The notes beneath the pieces were generated by a model. That model did not search any database. It worked only from the letters and a program-made list of their open reading frames with translations, and was not told where the DNA came from. The position numbers and the translations under genes were made by a program. A stretch of 64,000 nt of DNA from a virus (taxonomy: Duplodnaviria; Caudoviricetes), in IMG/VR virus record IMGVR_UViG_3300032030_000016; one strand, 5' to 3'. Below, piece by piece: positions 1 through 9,953 of the stretch (the first letter of the stretch is position 1; each line of letters opens with the position of its first letter).

Positions 1-62
1 ATAAATAAAAGAATAACAAAAAATGAACATAAAAAATCCATTAAATTAAAAAAGAACATCAT

Positions 63-239
63 TTATTCAATAAATCCATTTTTTACCCATGCTGTTGCAA
101 TCATCCAAGTAATTGCAATGATATTGAGAACAACTAATACCATAAGACCCTTGCAATTACTTCCCTCTCCATCATGATACCCCATGCCATAGAACAACAT
201 AGATACAGCATAAAAAATTATAAATTTAACTACAATCAT
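63..239 (-). CDS. small two-TM membrane protein (58 aa)
   Basis: Manually translated: MIVVKFIIFYAVSMLFYGMGYHDGEGSNCKGLMVLVVLNIIAITWMIATAWVKNGFIE; two hydrophobic stretches. Confidence 0.55.
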   Translation of the reverse strand: MIVVKFIIFYAVSMLFYGMGYHDGEGSNCKGLMVLVVLNIIAITWMIATAWVKNGFIE

Positions 240-506
240 TTATTTTTCTCTCATATATGCGCCGCAACAAGGACAAAATTTAAATACTAATGGATTTTTT
301 TCTGTGTAATCATAAATAAGATTCTTATTGAACATAACACCACATTCTGAACACATCAGCATTTTCTCATTAATTTTTAATTTTTTCCAATAACCACTTT
401 GTTCTTCTTTATAGCAAGGCATATCTATTGGATTTCCACTTCCCATTGAAAAAAAATAACATTCTTTATCATCTTTATCATAATATTTACATTTATTACA
501 TTTCAT
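240..506 (-). CDS. Zn-ribbon phage protein
   Basis: CSECG...FCPCCGAYM motif. Confidence 0.7.
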   Translation of the reverse strand: MKCNKCKYYDKDDKECYFFSMGSGNPIDMPCYKEEQSGYWKKLKINEKMLMCSECGVMFNKNLIYDYTEKNPLVFKFCPCCGAYMREK

Positions 507-509
507 TTT

Positions 510-908
510 TCATATTTCCCCGTTTTCAAAATACTCCATTGGAATATCTTCATATTTTTCTCTCATATATGCGCCGCAATGAGGACAATATTTTGAGTAA
601 ACATCTTCCTCATGACCATTTAATAAAGGATGTGCGCCACATTCCGAGCAATATGCAATGCCACAGGGATTACTAAAAGACAAGGGATTATAATTGACTT
701 CTTTGGTTTCATACGATTTTTCATCATAGTATCGTATTATCCACTGTCCATTCTTCCGTTCTGGTTCTACGGATGGAAGGTTTCTCAATAAATTTGGTAT
801 TATTACCGTTACAAATTCATCAAATACGCCTGACGCTGTTGGAAATTCGTATTCATAAACTCTATGTATTTCATCAAGTGCATCTTGTCTGTTAATTAAG
901 TCATCCAT
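510..908 (-). CDS. Zn-ribbon phage protein (DDLISRQ-type N-terminus)
   Basis: MDDLINRQDAL...CSECG...YCPHCGAYM. Confidence 0.75.
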   Translation of the reverse strand: MDDLINRQDALDEIHRVYEYEFPTASGVFDEFVTVIIPNLLRNLPSVEPERKNGQWIIRYYDEKSYETKEVNYNPLSFSNPCGIAYCSECGAHPLLNGHEEDVYSKYCPHCGAYMREKYEDIPMEYFENGEI

Positions 909-945
909 TATTCACTCCAATAAAGCATAAATATTCAATTATTGT

Positions 946-1176
946 TTATGATTTATTTAAATCAAATTTTTTATATCTAATAGATGAACCATCCATAAAT
1001 TTCATAGTAATAATTTCTGGATAGCCACTTTTATCATTATTATAAGGAACATATTTTAAATTTTCAATACTATTTGGTATTTTATGATTTTTTTCACAAT
1101 TTTGAGCATCTATTTCATTTTTATACTGTTTTTTACAAAATTCACACTGATATAAATATAAATTGACTTCTTTCAT
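946..1176 (-). CDS. small Zn-finger-like hypothetical protein
   Basis: YQCEFC...CEKNH. Confidence 0.65.
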   Translation of the reverse strand: MKEVNLYLYQCEFCKKQYKNEIDAQNCEKNHKIPNSIENLKYVPYNNDKSGYPEIITMKFMDGSSIRYKKFDLNKS

Positions 1177-1197
1177 TCATTACCACCATTAAATTAT

Positions 1198-1488
1198 TTA
1201 TAAATTGTTCCAAATCAATTTCATTCCACATCCAAAACAGTAATTCATTTCGTGGATTGTATAAGAACCGCAATTTGAGCATGTCCCTTCCCACGTCATT
1301 GATGTACTAAATAGTTCTTCAAGCATTTCCGCTTTTGCTGTCCGCTCTGGTTCTGCGGATGACACTTCGTAAAGTATATTTTCTACTTCATTAGCTGTTG
1401 TTTGTCCAGATTCATCCCAAACACATACCTCGTCAAATTTCTTATGTACGGCATCTATCGCCTCCTGTCTGCTGATTAAATCATCCAT
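1198..1488 (-). CDS. Zn-ribbon phage protein
   Basis: Start moved to MDDLISRQ, overlapping the upstream stop (TAATG); CSNCG...YCFGCG. Confidence 0.7.
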   Translation of the reverse strand: MDDLISRQEAIDAVHKKFDEVCVWDESGQTTANEVENILYEVSSAEPERTAKAEMLEELFSTSMTWEGTCSNCGSYTIHEMNYCFGCGMKLIWNNL

Positions 1489-1835
1489 TAATTCTCCCTT
1501 TCCATCTTTGTGCCGCAATGCGGGCAATAGTTCGGCTCGGCATCCCTTGTGTGGCATCCACACTCAGAGCATTTCCATCTTTGATAATAATTATCAGTAT
1601 CTATCCAATGTCCAATTTTCTGTTCTGACTTTGCGGATGGATTATCTAAAGAAGCTGGAGCATCCATAACAGAGAACTTAAAAGCCGATCTTTCAGCAAG
1701 AACAGCATTCCATATCAGTTTTTCAATTTTATCATCAGTAGTTAGCACCATCTTTAATGCTTCTTGTTCTAATTCAACACATTTATCATATAATGCCCGT
1801 CTGCTAATCAAGTCATTTTCATTATTTTCTTTCAT
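1488..1835 (-). CDS. Zn-ribbon phage protein
   Basis: DLISRRAL...CSECG...YCPHCGTKM. Confidence 0.7.
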   Translation of the reverse strand: MKENNENDLISRRALYDKCVELEQEALKMVLTTDDKIEKLIWNAVLAERSAFKFSVMDAPASLDNPSAKSEQKIGHWIDTDNYYQRWKCSECGCHTRDAEPNYCPHCGTKMEREN

Positions 1836-1881
1836 AACGTTATCCTTTCATTTAATTTATGTTTATAATAAACTAATGAAA

Positions 1882-2307
1882 TTATTTATTATCATTCCAA
1901 TCTAGTTTTACACCGCAGTGACTGCAATAGTTATCACCTGACAATACTTTCTTTTTGCAAGCATCACAGAGATATTCATGGCATATTTTCGGCTCACCGA
2001 CAATATTAAGGCTTGTGCCAATATGATATTTGTGATCTACCACTTTTGCCGTTCGCTCAGTCTCAGTTGTTATTCTCTTCGTCTTTATTCTAAATTTTGC
2101 GCAATCACAAATATTGTCGTGTCCTGTGCCGTTTCCAAAAATAACGTCATCCTTTTTCGCTGGGCATTCGGGATAATCATATTTACAATATTCACAAAGA
2201 TGTATTCGATTGTTTGGTAACATCGAATTATACAACAAATCTTTTTCTGATATAGGTGTTTGAAGTGCTGAATACAGAGCTTCAAGTAAACTGATCAAAT
2301 CATTCAT
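1882..2307 (-). CDS. Cys-rich Zn-ribbon phage protein
   Basis: MNDLISLL; CEYC, CDAC...YCSHCG. Confidence 0.65.
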   Translation of the reverse strand: MNDLISLLEALYSALQTPISEKDLLYNSMLPNNRIHLCEYCKYDYPECPAKKDDVIFGNGTGHDNICDCAKFRIKTKRITTETERTAKVVDHKYHIGTSLNIVGEPKICHEYLCDACKKKVLSGDNYCSHCGVKLDWNDNK

Positions 2308-2355
2308 CTTTCCCCTCATATTTGCCCTACAGTTCGGGCTTTCAGTGCGTCAGTA

Positions 2356-3051
2356 TTAATCAGTCTCATCTAAGCACTCTTTAGAATTTAATATTTTTAG
2401 TGCGGATTTTGGCCATCTTGTATTCTCATTCCAACCATGATACCCTCTTGGTTGATAACATACAATTTCTTCACCATCGAAGCGAAGAACAGGGGTTGCC
2501 CAACTGGAAGCAAGATATGTACAATTATCCTTTACTGGTTTACCATTTTCATAGATAAGCGTGCCAGTCCAAAACCAATCTTCAGACATTCCTGCATATG
2601 CCGTTTTCAGTTTTCTCTCTTTTATGATTTTCGATGCTTTGTTCCAATCAAAAACTTTTCCATATTTTAATTCGTTTATTGCAATCTTTTTTGAAAATGC
2701 TTTTCTTAATTCTGCAATTGAATCATCAATAATTTCATAACTATTACTACGATATTTTTTAATTTTTTCTACCAAACGTTGTCGTGCGAGTTGTTTACCA
2801 TATTCTTCATCCCATTCATCTTCAGGATTACATTTAGCTTTTGCTGACATTGTTTTCGGGAAAAACATTTTCTCATAATTACATTTAAATTTCTTAGTTT
2901 CATTATGAGACTCATTTTTTTTGATGCGGGTTAAAGCCCAATTAATATCATCATAAATATAAGAACTATGTTTAAAGGTTTCTTCATTATTACCAAACTT
3001 AATCATTGCAATAACAGTACGTTTTTCTTTATTAACAATATATTCAATCAT
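2356..3051 (-). CDS. hypothetical phage protein (probable two-domain fusion)
   Basis: AKCNPEDEWDEEYG N-terminal part; FDWNKA...EDWFWTG...SSWATP C-terminal part. Confidence 0.7.
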   Translation of the reverse strand: MIEYIVNKEKRTVIAMIKFGNNEETFKHSSYIYDDINWALTRIKKNESHNETKKFKCNYEKMFFPKTMSAKAKCNPEDEWDEEYGKQLARQRLVEKIKKYRSNSYEIIDDSIAELRKAFSKKIAINELKYGKVFDWNKASKIIKERKLKTAYAGMSEDWFWTGTLIYENGKPVKDNCTYLASSWATPVLRFDGEEIVCYQPRGYHGWNENTRWPKSALKILNSKECLDETD

Positions 3052-3323
3052 TTTATTTCCTCTTCTTCTTTTATTTGTTGAGATAATTTTTGTTCATTAA
3101 TACAATTATCAATAAAACATCTATCTATAAAATTGTCTTCTTTTTTATTAAAAAATCGGTCACATGCATTAACAAGTCCTTGATATTTTTTATTAATTTC
3201 GTGAAATAAATCATAATATTTAGAAAAAGATCTTGCCAAACATTCTAAATGTTTTCTTAATTTTTTATTTTCATCTTCTAATTTTAAAAATTCAGGATTT
3301 TCATCTATAGAATATATACCCAT
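3048..3323 (-). CDS. hypothetical protein
   Basis: ORF with AAAGGA RBS, overlaps the next gene. Confidence 0.6.
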   Translation of the reverse strand: MGIYSIDENPEFLKLEDENKKLRKHLECLARSFSKYYDLFHEINKKYQGLVNACDRFFNKKEDNFIDRCFIDNCINEQKLSQQIKEEEEIK

Positions 3324-3537
3324 TCAATGTCCTTTCTTATTTGTAAATAATTATACACCACTTCTAAAATAAATCAATGGTATTTTTTGGTTTCATTATT
3401 CACATCATCTTTTTCGCAATGAAAACCCTCTTTTTGGCACTTGTCAAAAATATCGCATTCAGAACACCTTTGACATGCATTAGTAAATTTTTTTCTATCA
3501 TCTACAAGATTTACTAACCAGTCGATATCATCTTTTG

Positions 3538-3903
3538 TCATTGCTCACCTTTCATAGATGCACCACAATTGGGACACGCCACCCACTGGTGACCATCTGT
3601 AATATCACTGTTATAACTATTTGCTTCTATTCCATAAACATGAATTCCTTTACCGCATTCAGAACACTTCCAGACAGGATCACCACCCGGAGTGAAAAAT
3701 CCACCTATTTCTATCCATCTTCCTTTTTCCAATTCTTGTTTTTGTAATTTGTTTTTTGATTTTTCTTCAAGACAATTTATTGCTTTTTGTATGAGAGTGT
3801 CAATTTCTTTTAATATTTGATATTCTGTTCTATTATTTGGATTAGACATTGATGTTATATAATCTTGTGCCTCTATTAAATAATCAATGGTTGTTTTATT
3901 CAT
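3538..3903 (-). CDS. Zn-ribbon phage protein
   Basis: WKCSECG...CPNCGASMKGE. Confidence 0.7.
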   Translation of the reverse strand: MNKTTIDYLIEAQDYITSMSNPNNRTEYQILKEIDTLIQKAINCLEEKSKNKLQKQELEKGRWIEIGGFFTPGGDPVWKCSECGKGIHVYGIEANSYNSDITDGHQWVACPNCGASMKGEQ

Positions 3904-4237
3904 CTTTAATATTGCTCCAATCTATTTTCATACCACAAAAAGAACAGTAATTTACTTTTCTACTCCAACTACTTTCGTGCATATATTGTCCGCAATTTAA
4001 ACATTCATATACTTTATTATTTGGATTTTTCATTTCTATTTTTTCTACTTTTGTTTCAAGGTAAAATCTTCTATTCCATATTTCTATTGCTTGTTTTATT
4101 GTATCGCACCAAAATGTTTCAATACCACATTTATCACAAGCCACTAAATAATTACAAGCATCTTGATATAATGTACCTTTACCACCGCAGAAAGGGCAAT
4201 CTTTAATATGATATGTTTTATAGTTTTTTTTATTCAT
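3896..4237 (-). CDS. Lar-like (restriction alleviation) domain fused to a Zn ribbon
   Basis: CPFCGG...CDKCG...AIEIWNRR, then CLNCG...YCSFCG. Confidence 0.65.
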   Translation of the reverse strand: MNKKNYKTYHIKDCPFCGGKGTLYQDACNYLVACDKCGIETFWCDTIKQAIEIWNRRFYLETKVEKIEMKNPNNKVYECLNCGQYMHESSWSRKVNYCSFCGMKIDWSNIKDE

Positions 4238-4389
4238 AATTTTATAATAATACTTATAAATCCTAAGGTAATGATACAGGTTATTATAAAAGTCAATCCA
4301 TTATAATGCCCATCTTCATTATCGCATTTTCCAAGATAATAAGATAATAATGATACAATTAATACATAAATAATATTTTTAAGATTCAT
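4234..4389 (-). CDS. small two-TM membrane protein (51 aa)
   Basis: Manually translated MNLKNIIYVLIVSLLSYYLGKCDNEDGHYNGLTFIITCIITLGFISIIIKL; ATGA overlap with the next gene. Confidence 0.55.
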   Translation of the reverse strand: MNLKNIIYVLIVSLLSYYLGKCDNEDGHYNGLTFIITCIITLGFISIIIKL

Positions 4390-4397
4390 TATACTTC

Positions 4398-5192
4398 CTA
4401 ATAATTCATATAAATTGATTCATAAACCGTCTTCTTTTCACCTTTCATTTTACTGAAAGTTGAATCTCCACTTAATAATAGTTTATGCTGTTTATAAATA
4501 TCAGTTGGTAAATCAACTCGTTTGTCATCATTCCCTCTAATTCCATCATATGAAAGAATGTATTTAACATTAAGTTTATTCAATTCTCTTAAAAAATCAA
4601 TAAATTCATCATAATTAATACCTCCATAATACATTCCAACTGTATGAAAATATGGAGGGTCAAGATAAACAAAATCGTTTGGTTTTACATATTCGAGTAT
4701 ATTTTTATAATCACTAAATAAGAATGTCGTATTTTTAATTCTATCAGACCAATCAAGCAATATTTGTTTTAATGTTTCGGGATTAATACCATTTCTTTTG
4801 TGATGAACAGCAGAATTAAATTCACCTTTTTTATTGAATCTTATTTTACCATTTACACAAGTTCTTGTAAGAAAAAGAAAATCATTTGGATTTTGATTTT
4901 TATTGAATCTTTTTCTTACTTCATAATAATAATCTTCATCATAAAAGAAAAGATTCCAATCATTTTTATATGTCTCATATAATTCAATTGGAAAAAATTT
5001 AATCATATTCCACAATTCAATCAATGGCTTGCATATATCTAAACAAATTGCTTGTTTTGGATTTGTTTCATATAAAACGGAACCTCCACCGATAAAAGGC
5101 TCATAATATACATTATAATCCTTTGGCATAAGAGAAACAATTTGTTTTGCTTGAGTTCTTTTTGAACCAGTCCATTTAATTACGGGTTGCAT
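4398..5192 (-). CDS. Dam-like (D12 class) DNA adenine methyltransferase
   Basis: KWTGSK, EPFIGGGSV (SAM binding), YLDPPY. Confidence 0.92.
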   Translation of the reverse strand: MQPVIKWTGSKRTQAKQIVSLMPKDYNVYYEPFIGGGSVLYETNPKQAICLDICKPLIELWNMIKFFPIELYETYKNDWNLFFYDEDYYYEVRKRFNKNQNPNDFLFLTRTCVNGKIRFNKKGEFNSAVHHKRNGINPETLKQILLDWSDRIKNTTFLFSDYKNILEYVKPNDFVYLDPPYFHTVGMYYGGINYDEFIDFLRELNKLNVKYILSYDGIRGNDDKRVDLPTDIYKQHKLLLSGDSTFSKMKGEKKTVYESIYMNY

Positions 5193-5559
5193 AACACCTC
5201 ATTAAAAAAATCTATGAAGAAGAATGAAACTGACACATGTTTGGAGAGAGTGTTGGTTGCCATTATAAAACCTTTCTTTTATAATTAATTTCTTCTTCAT
5301 AGATATGTTTTTTGTAAGTTATTTCACTTACAAAGATTATTTTACCACAATCAAATATCTCTGTCAATAGGTTTTAAAAATTTATTTTTTTGTTCTGTAT
5401 ATAATTGTTTTAAAACCACATATTCAGAGATAATTTCATCTTTAAAATCTTTATATTCTTTTAAATAATGAGTAGCTGACCTGATGACTTCTGTAATATC
5501 ATCTGTTTTTCCACTCAACACAAGTTTTGTCATACCAAGGATTGTTTCATCTAATGTTT

Positions 5560-5745
5560 TCATTTTACAAATCCTAAATATGAACGATATACACAAGCAC
5601 CAAGGCCCATAAACAATATAATTGATAAATACATTATGCCTAAAACGTAATCATCATTATCTCCATCTTTATGTCCTGCGAAATAAGATAGAACATTAAA
5701 GACAATAAAAAAAATAATTATACTTACATTATTTTCATTTATCAT
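5560..5745 (-). CDS. small two-TM membrane protein
   Basis: Hydrophobic helices flanking GHKDGD. Confidence 0.55.
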   Translation of the reverse strand: MINENNVSIIIFFIVFNVLSYFAGHKDGDNDDYVLGIMYLSIILFMGLGACVYRSYLGFVK

Positions 5746-5946
5746 ATTATTCTTGAAAACTATTTTACAAAATCCACCGTATTCTCTTCTTTTTGTTGAT
5801 TTTTACTTAATTTATCAACGGCATTAAAAATAAGTGACATTCCAAATTTTACTACAAACCATGCAATAGTAGTGCATCCAACACCATTAATAAACATCAT
5901 AATATATTCATTGATTTGTTCAAACATTATATTTTCTCCCTATTTA

Positions 5947-6177
5947 TTATTCTTCATCTTTTGAAGTGTCATTATAAATATCGAAATAATCGGCAATATT
6001 TCTAATTGTATTTGACATAATTATGCACATTGCTTTCAACCAGTCTTCATCTCTATTTTTCATCACATCGTTTTTTTCTTCTTCTGTTAAATCAGAAAAA
6101 CAAATATTTTCAAATTTTTCATTTCGTTTAATGCGAAAATAAACACCATCTAAATTACGTTTTTTTGGATATTCCAT
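5947..6177 (-). CDS. hypothetical phage protein
   Basis: ORF packed in the operon; RNLDGVYFR...ICFSDL. Confidence 0.65.
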   Translation of the reverse strand: MEYPKKRNLDGVYFRIKRNEKFENICFSDLTEEEKNDVMKNRDEDWLKAMCIIMSNTIRNIADYFDIYNDTSKDEE

Positions 6178-6178
6178 A

Positions 6179-6667
6179 TTAATTACACCATTGCTCTCTC
6201 ATTTTTTCAATATAGTTTTTTAAATCATAGTCTACTGTTTTAGGTTGATAATATACAAAACCACAATGAGTTAAATTATAAATATTCTCTTCATATTTTT
6301 CACTTACATTAAGTAAGGCTCTTTTATTTTTTTCTGATTTTGTTTTATCATATCTTTCTTGTAATCTATCTATCCAATCTTTTTTCTGTAATGTTTGAGG
6401 GCAAAAAATAACAATATTACCAATATTGTGAGGAAGATTATTCAAAAATTGATGAAAATAATTTATGACCTCTTTATGAGAACTTGTGAAAACAACAAAA
6501 CCTTGATTTGCAATATCTAATGCAATATTACAATATACTTCATACCAATTTTCATCTCTTTTGCCATTAATATAAAAATTGCTACTTTCTAAATCAACAC
6601 AATTATACCATCCAGCAAGTGAAGATTTTCCAATACCCTGATAACCGATTACAATCAATCCCTTCAT
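6179..6667 (-). CDS. P-loop kinase-like protein
   Basis: N-terminal Walker A GYQGIGKS, DLESS. Confidence 0.75.
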   Translation of the reverse strand: MKGLIVIGYQGIGKSSLAGWYNCVDLESSNFYINGKRDENWYEVYCNIALDIANQGFVVFTSSHKEVINYFHQFLNNLPHNIGNIVIFCPQTLQKKDWIDRLQERYDKTKSEKNKRALLNVSEKYEENIYNLTHCGFVYYQPKTVDYDLKNYIEKMREQWCN

Positions 6668-7341
6668 AACAACCCATTTATTCTTCTATTACTTATAATT
6701 CTCTCATAAGCCAAATTTACATATTCTGGTATAAGTTCATAACCAAACCAACTGCAATTATATTTTTCAGCAGATATGGCTGTTGTACCAAGCCCCATCA
6801 TTGGATCAATAACCGTACTTCCTTCAGGAATGAATTTTTCAAATATCCAATTAGCAACCTCTTGTTTCATTACAGCTTTATGAATTTTAGTTGTTGTTTC
6901 AGTATTCACAGAAGTTGTAATAATATTTTTTGTATATGTATGTAATGCTTTTAACGGTTTCTTACCTAATACAATAATTAATTCATAAGCATTTGTAATA
7001 TTAAAACCGCTTGCTGGTAATGGATTTGATTTTTCCCATATTAGAATGTTTTGAATATAGTTGCTCCAATCACCGATTAAATTATATATATCTGTTTTAT
7101 TATAATAATTAGTTTGTACATTGAAAAAAATATGATTTTTTGTTATACGAAGTAAATTACTTATAACTTCAACCAAAAAATCATAATAATCTTCTTTTAT
7201 ATCATCATATTTTTTATATTTATCATTTCTTTTTCTATTATATGGTGGAGATGTAAGAGCATAATCAAAAGTATCTGGAGATAAATCTTTCATTCCTAAA
7301 AGACAATCTTTATTTAATAGGGTATTTAACAACTGTACCAT
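6664..7341 (-). CDS. beta-class N4-C/N6-A DNA methyltransferase
   Basis: TSPPY precedes DPMMGLGTT (beta order); start moved to MVQLL. Confidence 0.9.
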   Translation of the reverse strand: MVQLLNTLLNKDCLLGMKDLSPDTFDYALTSPPYNRKRNDKYKKYDDIKEDYYDFLVEVISNLLRITKNHIFFNVQTNYYNKTDIYNLIGDWSNYIQNILIWEKSNPLPASGFNITNAYELIIVLGKKPLKALHTYTKNIITTSVNTETTTKIHKAVMKQEVANWIFEKFIPEGSTVIDPMMGLGTTAISAEKYNCSWFGYELIPEYVNLAYERIISNRRINGLL

Positions 7342-7621
7342 AATATTTAGCTTCCTCATTTTGAATAGCAATTATTTTTTTTTGTTGTTCAATAACAATA
7401 AGTAAATCTTCTATTTGCTTACTTTTTATCTTACATAATTTTTTATAATAATCAAACATTTCATAAAAATCAATAATATTTTGATTTTGATTTTGATTAC
7501 TTGGTGATTCTAATCCATTTAACATCCCAATAATTGATAGTTCATCACAATAACAATCTCCCATTGAAAATAATTCTCTTACTCCTTGAATTGCTTTTTT
7601 GCGGTCAATTAAATCGTTCAT
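7310..7621 (-). CDS. hypothetical protein (DLIDRK N-terminus, coiled coil)
   Basis: N-terminus shared with the Zn-ribbon paralogs. Confidence 0.6.
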   Translation of the reverse strand: MNDLIDRKKAIQGVRELFSMGDCYCDELSIIGMLNGLESPSNQNQNQNIIDFYEMFDYYKKLCKIKSKQIEDLLIVIEQQKKIIAIQNEEAKYYGTVVKYPIK

Positions 7622-7779
7622 TATTCCTCTTCATGTTCAAAAAATATTAATGTTTTATTTATTATTATTTAATAAATGAAAACATAAAATAAATAAAACA
7701 TACCAAAACTATAACTTTTATTATTTTTTCAATATTAAAGTCAAAATCAACAGAAAATTCTGTTCCATCATCAAATTGT

Positions 7780-7989
7780 TTATAAAAAAGATTCTTTTTC
7801 ATTCTCTCTAAAAGGATTTGTAATGGAAGACCAATAATCTATTTCACTAAATTCAAGTTTCTTTTGAAAATTTGAATTAGTAAAACAAACACCATTCCAT
7901 GCCGCTAAACAGATAGTATTAGGTCTTATAGCAATAAGAACAACCTCATTGACATCAGGTTTTTCGTCTTTTGTTTTCCATGTTCGCAT
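7780..7989 (-). CDS. DUF551-like small protein
   Basis: W...KP....VL...IDYW pattern. Confidence 0.5.
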   Translation of the reverse strand: MRTWKTKDEKPDVNEVVLIAIRPNTICLAAWNGVCFTNSNFQKKLEFSEIDYWSSITNPFRENEKESFL

Positions 7990-8387
7990 TATTTTAGCCT
8001 TATTTTATATATTGGATTTAATTTTAAACCTTGTGAATCAATCCAAAAACACTCCCCATGTTCCTTAGATAAACACACTTCACTTATAGTACAATAACGA
8101 ACAACACACCATTGTTTTTCAACATCATCCCATACAAGTTCCCCTATCATGTTTTTTAAATCATCAAATGTAAGACGTTTTGTTTTGTCAATTTTTATAT
8201 GATTTGAAGGATTATTTACAAGTTCGCGAACTTCTTCATATGATTCTTTTACTTTTTTCTTATAGCCATCATCTGTAAAAATCAGACATCCACTCTTTTC
8301 TTCTGGTTCATAAAATTTTACAATATGATTTATATTATATAATACTTTATTTTTACTTCCACTTGTATGTAATTCAATAAAAGTCAT
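7989..8387 (-). CDS. hypothetical phage protein
   Basis: AAGGAG RBS; FIEL...NINHI...VKESYEEV. Confidence 0.65.
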   Translation of the reverse strand: MTFIELHTSGSKNKVLYNINHIVKFYEPEEKSGCLIFTDDGYKKKVKESYEEVRELVNNPSNHIKIDKTKRLTFDDLKNMIGELVWDDVEKQWCVVRYCTISEVCLSKEHGECFWIDSQGLKLNPIYKIRLK

Positions 8388-8515
8388 GGTTCTCCTTATC
8401 CAAATAATAGTTTCATAATATAATAGCCAGCCCCAAATCCCAATAAGAATCCAGATACAGTAACAATAATTTCAATCATTTTTTTATCTCCTATAATATT
8501 TATTTTTCATTTATT

Positions 8516-8543
8516 ATTATAATCAAAACATTATTTTTGTCAA
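8516..8543 (-). promoter_or_regulatory. sigma-A-type early promoter (leftward)
   Basis: Minus strand TTGACA-16bp-TATAAT in an intergenic gap. Confidence 0.55.
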
Positions 8544-8578
8544 GGGATTTAAAATTATTTATAATATTTTTATGATAT

Positions 8579-9199
8579 TTAAAGATTGATTTCATTTTTC
8601 CATTGTCTTTCTACCCAATTATAAAAATAAATCCAATCTAATATATCTTCTGATAGTTTTTTATCACCATCTGAACAAAAATCTGTTTCTTTATTATAAT
8701 ATGGACAATCACAACATTCATCATTAGGATTATAACCGAAACAAATCTTTATTCCTTTTATTACATCTTCAATTTCTTTTGTTTTTTTATTTTTTATATT
8801 ATTTAATATTAGAATAACATGTAAAATTTCTTTTAAACTATTATCATATTGTTTATAAGTATCAAAATTTCTTAATTTTTTAATTTTTTGTTGTATCACA
8901 TCTGCTTTATTTTGTATGTACTTAATTTCTTTCTCTAATGAATTTTCTATTGGTGGTTCAGGTAATTCCATCCATGCAATAATATTTAAAATTTCATGAA
9001 ATTTAAAGTTTAAAAATCCTAATGATTGTGATTGAGGTACAGGATACCAATTGCCAAATGATTTTAAGTTCGCATCATAATCAAGTATTGCATAATTTAA
9101 ATCATCCTCATTATCCAATTGCATCCATGTTAAATACTTTCCAGTTTTAATTGGCAATCTATCTTTACAAAAAATCCACTCATTCATTTTTATCCTCAT
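8579..9199 (-). CDS. DUF551-like domain protein
   Basis: EWIFCKDRLP...IAWMELPEPP; C-terminal CCDCPY. Confidence 0.65.
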   Translation of the reverse strand: MRIKMNEWIFCKDRLPIKTGKYLTWMQLDNEDDLNYAILDYDANLKSFGNWYPVPQSQSLGFLNFKFHEILNIIAWMELPEPPIENSLEKEIKYIQNKADVIQQKIKKLRNFDTYKQYDNSLKEILHVILILNNIKNKKTKEIEDVIKGIKICFGYNPNDECCDCPYYNKETDFCSDGDKKLSEDILDWIYFYNWVERQWKNEINL

Positions 9200-9377
9200 T
9201 TTTTGTTGTCATTTTAGAACCACAATTTGGACAATAATTGAAAATATCAAAATAATACCCGTATGGTGTTGTATGATATTTTCCACATATAGAACATCTT
9301 GCAGATTGCCATTCATAAATTGGAAAATCTCTATTTTCAAAAACTTCTTTTTCTACCCATTTACCAATCTTATTCAT
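9180..9377 (-). CDS. Zn-ribbon phage protein
   Basis: CSICG...YCPNCGSKM. Confidence 0.7.
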   Translation of the reverse strand: MNKIGKWVEKEVFENRDFPIYEWQSARCSICGKYHTTPYGYYFDIFNYCPNCGSKMTTKNEDKNE

Positions 9378-9600
9378 TTTCTGGTTTTTCTACAATAATA
9401 CAAAGTGTAGCCTTTCTACCATCTTTTAAATTGTATGTATATCCATAAAAATCATTATCTATTTCTTTTTTTATCAACATATAATCACAAACAGCCCTAA
9501 TTGCTTCATCTGTTACATCTGATTTTGATTTCCATTCATCGCCTGACTTTTTTAATATGCCAGCATAAATTCCAAAAAGTCCACATCCTACATTATACAT
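9370..9600 (-). CDS. hypothetical phage protein
   Basis: AAGGAG RBS; IYAG...W..KSDVT.EAI.AV. Confidence 0.65.
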   Translation of the reverse strand: MYNVGCGLFGIYAGILKKSGDEWKSKSDVTDEAIRAVCDYMLIKKEIDNDFYGYTYNLKDGRKATLCIIVEKPENE

Positions 9601-9614
9601 ATTATTTTCTCCTT

Positions 9615-9953
9615 TTAATCAACATATATTATAATAGCTTTTATCCAATATGGTTCATACTTATCAAGTTTTTTATTTATATAATCATCTAATTCACTAT
9701 CTGTACCATCAAAAGAATATGAATAAGTTTCATATAAATAATCAAATAATTCTTCTCTATCTGTGAAAACAGTATATGGTTCATCAAATGGATGATCACA
9801 TACCTCTCCTATATCTGCTGTTACATTTGATGCCGTTACATATGTATAATCTCCATCATTCGCGTCACATCCAACAAAAACAACAATCGGTAAAGTTGGG
9901 TATTTTATAATTAATTCCCGAATTTTTTTATTTAAATTATAATTTACAATCAT
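9615..9953 (-). CDS. hypothetical protein
   Basis: ORF packed in the operon. Confidence 0.65.
   Translation of the reverse strand: MIVNYNLNKKIRELIIKYPTLPIVVFVGCDANDGDYTYVTASNVTADIGEVCDHPFDEPYTVFTDREELFDYLYETYSYSFDGTDSELDDYINKKLDKYEPYWIKAIIIYVD

Noticed and set aside
5225-5290. Hammerhead ribozyme
   Set aside because: Three-stem layout, but the CUGANGA core is absent.
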